A stretch of 60,768 nt of DNA, filler included, from Sphacelaria rigidula (taxonomy: Eukaryota), in assembly GCA_964200075.2 (NCBI GenBank). It is 7 parts of 7 records of this genome, joined end to end, with 100 filler letters (N's around TTAATTAATTAA, not from the genome) between each part and the next. Parts side by side here need not be neighbours in the genome. Positions count along the whole stretch, not along the records: positions 43,481 to 52,074 come from CAXNAA020010649.1; positions 52,175 to 60,768 come from CAXNAA020010650.1; 5 more parts are not named here. The stretch is one strand, 5' to 3'. A program made the position numbers and the translations under genes. Of the stretch, positions 51,401 to 60,768 are shown piece by piece. Under the pieces are notes generated by a model. It did not search any database and had not been told where the DNA came from. It saw only the letters and a program-made list of their open reading frames with translations. How positions within the stretch are numbered: the first letter of the stretch is position 1; each line of letters begins with the position of its first letter.

Positions 51401-51780
51401 CAATCACATGCTGCCATACCATGAGGTCCTCAAAAGAAGTTGCCGCGAGTGCATCGAGGACACCGTGATGTCACGGACCCTCCTACATGCCGGCCGCGTT
51501 GTGCGCATGCCCGATGAACGCCTCCCCAACATCGCCATGCGTGGAGTGATCGACCAGCAAGATGTCTACACCACTGTATCACGGAACACTGTTCGTTTTC
51601 GGAATAAGCGCAACACCGTGCAAGAAGGTTGCCCAAGATATGTCCGAATGGTCCCGAGTCGTAGAGGAGGGCGCTACCATGTACATGGCAGCCTGGACCA
51701 AAGCGCGCCATGCGAAGGAATTGTTTGCTGTGCTACCACTAGAGTTCCCCCGGCGCCTACCGAGGACATCCGGAAAGTGA
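48484..51780 (+). mobile_element. Decayed non-LTR retrotransposon (RTE-like LINE): APE endonuclease plus reverse transcriptase
   Basis: APE motifs VATW, CDLIALQETRR (shifted frame), TFIVGYAP, DDNARTG, NDNGRRLL...ITNTFF, RLDYILV, SDHRLV; RT motifs [46 protein letters not shown]; many frameshifts and stops. Confidence 0.92.
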
Positions 51781-53139
51781 CCAGTAGCCCACCGGGTAGA
51801 ACACTCGCGAGGTCATCTGCCGCCTTTCCGAACAAGTGTGGTAGGTGTCTATGAGGGGTGTTGTTTGAGTCGATCCTCGCTTGGTGGCTATGCTAATCCT
51901 TTTTTTGTCATCTGTCTCTTCTTCTCTTGTTTTTTCTTTCCCTTTGCTTTCGATGTGCTTGTTTTTCAGCTGTGAAGTTCCTTCCCCCCCTCCCCCCCCC
52001 TCCTCCCCCCCCCTCCTCCCCTCCTATTTCTTGCATCGTCACTCACCAACCACCCACCACAAACAAAAAAGAAANNNNNNNNNNNNNNNNNNNNNNNNNN
52101 NNNNNNNNNNNNNNNNNNTTAATTAATTAANNNNNNNNNNNNNNNNNNNNNNNNNNNNNNNNNNNNNNNNNNNNCGGTGCTGGTAGTCCATCTCGACCAC
52201 GTGTACTTTTTTCGAGTGAATATTGATGCCGATTCAGCAGGTGACCTACTCTCGCGGTCTCACGGTTAACTCCTCCTGCGGAGTTTTGGGGAGAAAGATA
52301 CTTTCGCTCTGTTACTCTTTCGTACCTTCCCTGCAATAGAGAAATGGGACTTCAACCGCATTTTAGTGTTGAACCCCAAAATTTAAAATCGACTGTTAAA
52401 GGGTATAGGATGTCTCGAAATTCTACTTGGAGGGCACCGATTCCGTGTCGAGTGCCTCGAGTACCTACCAGCAGCCCGAGCAAGTTTTGCAAGGCGGGAG
52501 ATATTGTGGCTACTTTGGCTATCGGCTATCGCTACCACATACGTGTGCGTGAGCGTGGGCGGCATCCGAGGTCATCGTGACAGAGCGGACAAGGAGCAGA
52601 AGTAAATATACAAGCGTCGCAAAGCCTATCAGACTTTTCGGTTTTTGTCCGTGTTCCTTGATCAATTTCTTAACCCACGTGCAGATCTGGGGTTCGATCT
52701 GTACAAAACTGCTCCTCGATAGGATTCAAAAATGGCTGCTTTGGGGGCAATCCCCTTTCACAAGGCAATGTTGAAGAAATGAAAAAAACTTTCGATAATA
52801 AAGTCCCACTACGTGATGTTCAAATAGTGAGACACCCATGAAGCAGTGTATAAGCCGTGGTTGTATGTGTGTTTGTATTCTAGCGCCCTGTCTATCGGTT
52901 TCTGTAATCCTTCCGCTGTTCCTAAAATTCCCACAAAATCATCCGCGAACATCGATCCTTTCGTGGAGGCGGGGGGGGTACTCATTTGTTGCTTGCTTCA
53001 GTCGTTTGACCATTGACCACGCATCCCTTCCGAGACGGAGCACCGCGTTCCTACTCCTAATAGGAAACCTCCAACATTTCGCATTCCGGCGCTCATTACG
53101 TAGGAGGGGGGGGTTATCAAACACTGTATCCATGATTAA

Positions 53140-53446
53140 CCATTAGACCGTGATGCGGGTAGTCCATCTGGATCACACATACTTTTTTCAAGTGAAACTG
53201 ATGCCGATTCCAGTGGTGACCTACCCTCGCGGTGAAAGGGTAGATCCCTTGACCACGAGGGTAGGACATCTGCTGAATCGGCATCAATATTCACTTGAAA
53301 AAAGTATGCGTGATCCAGATGGACTACCAGCATCGCGGTCTCAGGGTTGACCCTTTGACCGCGAGGGTAGGTTACCTACTGAACCGGCATCAATATTAAC
53401 TTGAAAAAAAATGATCCAGATGGACTACCCGCACCGCGGTCGAAGA
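53140..53446. mobile_element. Chain of three ~100-bp piggyBac-like MITEs (one forward, two reverse)
   Basis: Each unit bounded by CCCTT(A/T)GACCGCGA...TCGCGGTC(A/T)AAGGG (imperfect) and separated by TTAA-like tetramers. Confidence 0.75.
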
Positions 53447-53800
53447 TGTCAAGTGATTAAGATTGTCGACACCTCAGCTGCTTATTGCAGAGAGGAATGA
53501 TAACAACCTAGGATCTAGACTTCTCGATTGTAAATGCTTGCTACAGTCGCTATAATTATCAAGCAGGCGGGATACTATTTACCAAACATGCACGAAGTGA
53601 GGGGGTATGGTACACTCAGGGGAGGCTCACTCATTCTCCTTGTTCCTGAGGCTCAGTCACCGAAGAAGGGTACAGCTGGAGTCTATCAGACGCTGGAAGA
53701 AGTTTTGATTATTCCTCTACTGTACTGGTGAATCCCTGGGACGATGATCGAGTGGCATCGAGTGGGTTTCGTGCGGGGGCACTCAGCATCCCCGATCTCA

Positions 53801-54137
53801 ACTTGGACCGTGAGGAGGCTAGGTCACCTGCTCAATCGGCATCAATTCTCACTTGAAGAACGTATGCGTGATCCAGATGGACTACCCGCACCGTGGCCCT
53901 AGGGTTAACCCTCCGTTTAAGGGTTAGTCCTTTGACCGCGACGAGGGTAGGCCACCTGCTGAAGCGACATCAATTTCACATGAATACAGTATATGTGATT
54001 CAGATGGACTACCCGCATCGCGGTCCAAGGCTTAACCCTTCGACCGCGAGGTTAGTCTTATGTTGAATCGGCATCAATTTCGAGTGAAGAAAAGTATGCA
54101 CGGTCCAGGAAGACTAATCTCGCGGTCTAAGGGTTAA
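53801..54137. mobile_element. Chain of three ~100-bp piggyBac-like MITEs
   Basis: Units at about 53801-53904, 53928-54031 and 54036-54133; TTAA at 53905, 54032 and 54134. Confidence 0.78.
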
Positions 54138-54989
54138 CAAAGCTTGCTGTCAGAGTAGAACCATTTTCGCAGGAAATTTACTCATAGACCCGCTCGTCCA
54201 ACGAATTACATTTTGAACCCACTCACGGACAATAGAGCCGGCATGGAATGTATCACTCGGGAAGCCACGATTGCCTGCGGCTAACCTGACGACGCATGAA
54301 AGCATACGTACTATCAAATCAAAATCAAACCTTGATGTTCAGACAACATCATCCATGCCGAAAATAAGGAGATTGCGTCGTCCGGGAGCGTGTTGCGAGG
54401 GAGTATGGAGCGAGGCAGTACAGTGAGCTGTCGTTTTCGTGTTGCATATAAGGCACTATCATATCACCCGTAGAGACATGTGCCCGCGATTTTCTTGAGC
54501 AGAGCAATGCCATGGTAGGGGTGCACTTTTCGCGCAAAATCTCGTCTGGTTCAGGGGCTCCTAACGATTCCAGATGCACAAGAATATGGGTCAGGGCCAC
54601 GTGTTTTCAGTACTACAGTAGTATTCACCGCATGATCGAGCAAATGAAACAGGCTGACCAACACCCGCTGGTACTGTACACCATGCGTGGAATTGTTTCC
54701 TCGGAGCAATGCTACGGTAGCGGTGCACTTTTTGCGCAAACCCTTGTCTGGTTCAGGCCATCCCCGTTTGCAAATTCATTCGGGATATCTCCATCACAGC
54801 ACATTGCAAGAGTAACCCTGGCGTACTCTCACATATTTCATAAGTCATGTTTTGGATAAGATGAAGGGCTCCCAACACAAAATATTTTTGCACCCCTACC
54901 GTAGCATCACTCAGCAAACACGCAGAGACGAATCACCACGAGCTGGATTGACGGCCTGGCTAGTCTGTCTAGTCAGTGCATGTAACTAA

Positions 54990-55195
54990 CCCTTAGACCG
55001 CGATGCGAGTAGTCCATCTGGATCACGCACACTTTTTTTCAGGTGAAATTGATGCCGATTCAGCAGGTGACCTACCCTCGCGGTCAAAGGGTTAACCCTT
55101 ACACCGCGATACGGGTGGTCCATCTGGATCACACACTTTTGTCAAGTGAAAATCGATATCGATTCAGCAGGTGACCTACCCTCGTGATCAAAGGG
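54990..55195. mobile_element. Pair of ~100-bp piggyBac-like MITEs sharing one TTAA
   Basis: Units 54990-55091 and 55096-55195 joined by TTAA at 55092-55095; a further partial copy at 52175-52270. Confidence 0.8.
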
Positions 55196-55939
55196 TTCAC
55201 CGTTTTTCCCGTCATAATTAACCGTTTTCCTGAACGGCTGGACGCAAGAGTTGTAATAAACCATTTCCCTGAATGGCAGAGGTTACGTTGGGACCTGGAC
55301 ACAAGAGCGTATTGTACACAACGAATGAGTTTCCCCGATGCAGTCACGGTCGCTTTCTATGATGCAGTGACGCTGAATGGATGAAGGAGTTTTTCCGATG
55401 CAGTCACGGCCGTTTTTTCTGATGCAGTTATGGCTGGTTGTACTTTCCCACGGCAGTGATGCAGTGATGCAGTGACGCTGAACGGTTTTGTTTTTTACCG
55501 CTGGAAGAACTGTTACTTACTGGCCATATTCCGGCGTGCTTGTGGTTGGGAAGTGCAAAATACTGTTCCGAAAAGGGTCATTTTTTATGTGGATAAAGGA
55601 TAGAAACAAAGCGGACATGAATGTACTGATCACTGTACCGAGCGGCGAGACATTTACGCCAATAATAAATTTGATGGTATAGTCACCTGTATGGTGTACG
55701 AAGTCTTTACAGTGTAGTATCATTTTCGTTAATTGCCGCAACAAGTGCGTTGTGTGTCTAGATCATCCGAAGATACCGTGAAATTGATTGGGATGGAAGC
55801 TCCTGGTGTTCGTCAAGGTTTTGAATTAGAGGATACTGCCAAGGTTCTCCGTGTCAAACTTCTTGAACTTACCGCTCACCTTAGATTAAGCATTCTGGGT
55901 CCTAGCCCCTATCTGGCAGCAGCCCGACTTCCAAAATAA

Positions 55940-57988
55940 AGATCCTGAGTGGGTCATGATGCGCCCCAGTCACACAGCGTACATTGTTGTCGGACACTTG
56001 GTGTCGCTACGCGGACACCATAACATGACAGATGACTTTGTTGTGTCCATGATCTCTCTGTCTGGCATGTCGTAACAATCCATTTCCCTGCCGGTACGCG
56101 GCGTCACGAGATTGAAGTACTACAACAATTCGAACACAAACTGGACAGTAGTAAACAAACGGCCAAATCCTATGTGTTGACAAAAAATGGGCGTGTTGCT
56201 GGCGAGTGCTGTTCCATCACAGCGTGATATTGTGCGCAATGCTCAAGTCACGGTCATCCTGAGGATATGCGCGGAAAAATCGGGAGATGATGAGCACACA
56301 GATATGCACATCGTGCTCGGTGGAGCTTCGCGCTACAGCACACTCGAAAGCAAAACGGGCCACCAAAAAATGGCGAAATTCAATGTGTTGGCGAGAATTA
56401 GGCGTACTACTGGTGCTGTTTCACCGCAGCGTGATATGTGCGCAATACTGAACAAACGGTCGGGCTGTATATATGTACAGAAAGGTCAGGAACTGGCGAG
56501 CACGCCACCCCACTGTGTTAACCTTACCGCTTGAAATGTCGGTCTAAACCGGCATGCAATGCTCCTATTCTTGAACCAAGTGATACAGGAGAGGGATCCG
56601 TAGGCCGAGTTTTCTGTAACTTTGCTGTTATACTCCCATCTCGTGACGCTATACGACTCGAGAGAAGCGGTTTGTTGCGGCGTAGAGACTATCAAAGCTT
56701 TTTCGTCGGCGCTGTAAGCACGCCAATCGATCCATTCAGACCGGAGATATGACAGGCCGCGTTAAGGTGCCGTGCAGTGAACAGCCGATCATCGAAATTG
56801 AGGATGGAAATTTTAATTGAGGACGATAACCCGGAAAATTAAAATCTTCGCATCCACACCAATTCTTCGAAATATCGTTCCATTCCTTCATCTGCTAGTA
56901 GCTGTTGACAACTACTACACGCCATACAAATTTGGATTCAAGTGACAAAAATTCCTTGGTGTTCGGTGAAAAACAAATCTTGGGAATTCAGGTGATCCGG
57001 CCGGATCACGTGAATTCACAACATTTGTTTTTTCCCACCTAGGACCCTCAAATTTCAGCCGTCGGAATCCAAATTTGTTGGCGTATAGTAGTCGCCAATA
57101 GCTACCAGCAGATGAAGGAATGAAACAATATCATTATCTCGAAAAATTGGTGCGGATGGAAACATTTCATTTTCCGGGTTATCATCTTCAATGAAAGCTC
57201 CGTCCTCAATTTCGATGATCGGCTGTTAGTGGAGGGTACCCAAGGCACCGCTTTAGCTCATGAAGATCCGGTGAAAATAACTGAAATGCCTCACCACTTG
57301 CTTATTTATAGAGTGAACATCATTTGCCGAAGGTCTCAAACATCAGGTTGGCGGTAGCGCGGTGTTTTCGTGACACACCGCCAATTCAAGCATGATATTT
57401 GTGTCTGTGTACTTGCCAGGTTCTGAACTTTCTGTGCACATATTCAGCCCGACCGTTCGTTCAGTACATTGCACAATATCACGCTGCGATGGAACAGCAC
57501 CCGCCAGTAGCACGCCCAATTATCGCCAACACATTAAATTGTCTTTTTTTGGTGCCCCGTTTGGTTTCGAGTGTGCTGTAGCGCTTCGATCTCGTGGCGC
57601 GAATCTACACCGAGCGTGATGTGCATATCTGTGTGCTCATCATGTCCTGGCATTTCCGTACATGTCCTCAGAATGACCGTGCTTTGACCATCGCGCACAG
57701 TATCACGCCGTGATGGAATTTCACTCGCCAGCAATACGCCCATTTTTTGTCAACACATGGGGTTTGGCTGTTTTTTTACTGATCAATCTGTGTTCGAGTT
57801 TGCTTGAATGCTTCAATCTCGTGACATCCCGTACCGCGAGGGAAGTGATCTGTTACGACACGCAGACAGAGATGGTGGATACAGCGACGTTATCTATCAT
57901 GTTATGGTGTTCGTGTGGCAACAGCGGTTATCCAATACAAGAAGCACGCTGTGAGATTTAGGGCTGATAATGGCCCACTTGGGATCTT
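55940..57988. mobile_element. About 2-kb foldback element with ~570-bp diverged TIRs
   Basis: 55940-56505 is the reverse complement of about 57410-57988 (e.g. TGTGTTGACAAAAAATGGGCGT / ACGCCCATTTTTTGTCAACACA); ORFs 56187+ and 57534- are mirror translations. Confidence 0.85.
56780..57227. mobile_element. Complete palindromic MITE with AACAGCCGAT termini and 4-bp TSD
   Basis: TIR AACAGCCGATCATCGAAATTGAGGA / TCCTCAATTTCGATGATCGGCTGTT; AGTG on both flanks. Confidence 0.9.
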
Positions 57989-58019
57989 CCAAGGTTGTGT
58001 CTTGTAGGGTACGATTTGC

Positions 58020-58500
58020 TGCATACCCGGGGTATATTGCCGGGTATTCATCGTACCCGACAACTCTGTGACTTCTGTGAGACTTTCATACCGGTACCCG
58101 ACAGTTCTGTAATCTCTGTGAGACTTTCATACCCTTACCCAATAGTTCTGTGAGTTCTGTGAGCCTCCCGTACCGTTACCGGGGGGCACAGACATGCTCT
58201 TGGTAAATACCTGGTTGCGGGTACGGTTTTCTGTGCAACCTTCACACCCTAGCCGATATTTTCTGTGAGCTCTGTAAGCCTCCCATACCCTTACCCGACG
58301 GTTCCGTGAGTTCTGTACACAACCTTTACCCGTACCCGGAGCGCGGGCATGCTCTTGAAGAAATACCCGATTGCCCGTACAGTTTTCTGTAGGCCTCCCA
58401 TACCCTACCCGACAAGTTCTGTGGTTTCTGTAATACTTTCAAACGGGTACTCGACAGTTTTGTAACTTTTCCAGTACTTTCATACCGGTACCGGATATTT
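58020..58500. repeat. Degenerate array of ~40-bp units (TACCCGACAGTTCTGT...TCTGTGAG)
   Basis: Repeated TTCTGTGAG / CATACC / TACCCG blocks with a higher-order ~160-bp recurrence of CATGCTCTTG. Confidence 0.7.
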
Positions 58501-59098
58501 CGCGTCAGGTCTCTTGGTTATTTTGCGTGGATACATAGCAGAGCCTGTGCTATTTACAAATGGTCGCCTCGCGGTAGGACACCATTTTTGTGATTTGTCT
58601 TCATACAAGATGTTGGAGGATTTACCATTTGTAGACACCAGCAACCTGAGAATCGCGTGTCTCCGCGCTTTTCGTACATGTACGTGCCTGTGACACATAC
58701 GTAGATTCTGTCCAAGAGAATGCACTATTTTGGTTATTAGAAAGCAAATGCAGCAAAATAATTGAACCTCCGCACCCAGGACAAAACTCAATAAGCGTAC
58801 GGATGTACGGGTTGCGATTCTCAAATGTATTGTGCAATGACTCGGATTTGCCGTTGGTGCGTTGCGAGGATGCGTGAGACATGAGTCACGCACTACACGG
58901 GCTGCACAGGAGGCGTACTGGACACGAGAAACTGGTCGTGTAAAGGCTGTGACGTGATGGTCCTGGTCCCTCACCCAACGTCCCTGCTATTCTCGTAGTT
59001 TCCTGTTCGCAGCTACTCTCTAATGGACAACGAGGTGTGGCGAAGAGACGAGATGCGTCGATGGTTCGACATGTACAGTTCGCCGCAAGCAATCGACG

Positions 59099-59272
59099 GA
59101 TTGGACGCTCTGGGCTGTGGCTACATGACTTCTTTGCGAAAGGTAACTAAAAAAAAGCAGTTACATCCTTGCATGTTACGCCGCTTTTGAATTGGACGCT
59201 TCGGGCTGCGGCTACCTGACTTCTTAAGTCAAAACAGGAAGCTACGTCCTAGCATGTTACGCCGCTTTTGAA
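59099..59272. repeat. Direct repeat, two ~90-bp units
   Basis: ATTGGACGCT...GGCTAC(A/C)TGACTTCTT...GCATGTTACGCCGCTTTTGAA occurs twice. Confidence 0.8.
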
Positions 59273-60768
59273 CTTTATAATGCAACCTCTTTCCCAACTA
59301 TTAACTGCTCAGGAAAACACTCTCGCCCTCAACAGCAACCGCCGCGCAGCGCCTGCATGGACGTTAGTCGAAGACAGAAAAATTCATGCTGCGAAGCTAA
59401 AACGATGCGACGAAGCGACGAACGACACCGTGCTAGGCGACCCACACTTCATGGATATGGAGGGAAATTTACAAGTCGCAAGGGCTAGATCTGCTGTACT
59501 GGCCTCTCGTTTGGAAGCACCCAAGGGGTGGGGACAAGGGCATACCCACGTTGCGGTGAGTACGTCTTTCTACAAAGTATGCGACGAGGGATAAAACTAA
59601 GCTGCTCACGGATGACTATGTCCAGCCACAGGGCACTCATGCGGAACGTACACTTGATGGCGGCTGCCAGTATTGGATCTGTAACCTTTGGGTGGATGCG
59701 ACCCTTTCCAAGGTGACTGCGTCCTTTGCAGCTATCGTAACTGTGCTGCACACGACAACACGCTGTCGACAACACGCGTTGCCATATATCCAGAGAGTAA
59801 GCGCCGGGAAAAGAGATTAAACGTTCAGCTCAGCCCCTGTGTTCGCTCGGTGTGATGTGTTCTCCGCAGGGATTCCGTTCACCCCCTTGGAAGGAGCGTC
59901 CACCACAAGAGGCTCCACAGTACCAGTCCCCTCGAATCATTCGAGGTAGGGACACGTTCATTCAGGTGCGCGAACATTGGGGCTTCACGATACAGCACTC
60001 TAGTTCTTGGTACTGTTTTTACTGGGGCGAGTTTTGTCTTCTGTTTGGGCCTTTCCCAAGGGTACCCCGGTAGGCTGGCACTCGAATTTGGGGGCACTCA
60101 AGTGCTTTTGAGAACTGCACTAGCCGAGTTTTCAATGCATGTATGTGCTTTGGCATGGTGTCTTGAATCCTTGGCCTCCGTTACGTGACACTACCTACCC
60201 TGGGTGAATACGGAGATCGCAAGAAATCAAGACCATTGTCAATTTCGCGTCAAACACACCAATAATGTGGTCAGCAATAGGGTGGATTCCACCATTTGTT
60301 TGGGGCAGCCGGGCTCCTAGCGCGCGCTTCACATTCTTCGTGCTTCCACTTGTTCGATATCTTTGTTCGATATCTTTGTTCGATATATTTGTTATATTTG
60401 TTTGGTGATTATATCTAGCGACGAACAGTTGCAGGAACATGCACATACATCCTTCATGTGCCCAGGGACAAAGACTGATTGTTACCACTCTCTGCCCCCA
60501 AGAAAGAACACCGCATACCAAGCACTGCCGAGTACTACCCATCAGTTTCAACGTATCGTGGAATCATAGTGTGGCGTCTTGGCACAGTTAACGTTTTGGT
60601 AACCCCGGCATCACTGCATTGTAGCCTACGAGAGATCCTGCAGGCATACCCGTGGACCCCCCCCCCCCTCCCTTTGCGAGGTCAATGGTCTTATGACTAT
60701 GCATGCATGATCATGAGTACACCCCCCCCCCCTCGCTTTGTTCGCTAATACCGCCACCCGTTGGCCCC

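Noticed and set aside
4855-54310. Hammerhead ribozyme cores at CTGANGA sites
   Set aside because: At the sites I inspected (e.g. about 4860, 5213, 23468, 26103, 54287) there was no stem II followed by GAAA.
52175-58500. CRISPR-like repeat-spacer array
   Set aside because: Units lack unique spacers, occur in both orientations with their own TIRs, and no cas genes are present; the context is eukaryotic.
59268-59800. Possible coding remnant (ORFs 59268-59594 and 59528-59716)
   Set aside because: No identifiable domain or exon structure.

Overview
Eukaryotic, intron- and transposon-rich DNA. Its style (long repeat-filled introns, GT-AG exons of 80-280 bp, LINE-tail repeats) resembles a brown alga or other stramenopile; this taxonomy is inferred. 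The window is not one locus. It is seven contigs (1-8596, 8697-17292, 17393-25988, 26089-34684, 34785-43380, 43481-52074, 52175-60768; five of 8596 bp, two of 8594 bp) joined by identical 100-bp N44-TTAATTAATTAA-N44 spacers, so adjacency across spacers carries no biological meaning. Three spliced host genes can be assembled in part: the first three exons of the molybdopterin synthase catalytic subunit (MOCS2B/MoaE, + strand), four internal exons of 5-oxoprolinase (hydantoinase B domain, - strand), and the last four exons of an unidentified Ser/Gly-rich protein (+ strand). The rest is mobile DNA: a decayed IS630/Tc1-mariner-like DDE transposase, a decayed RTE-like LINE, tRNA-derived SINEs, many TIR/MITE families (often nested) and microsatellites. 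I found no novel multi-gene system. The best candidate for something undescribed is a ~200-bp MITE family with TGT...ACA ends, 37-bp TIRs, 5-bp TSDs and an internal telomere-type (CCCTAA)n tract, present four times in one contig. Next is a ~100-bp TTAA-flanked piggyBac-like MITE that forms chains.
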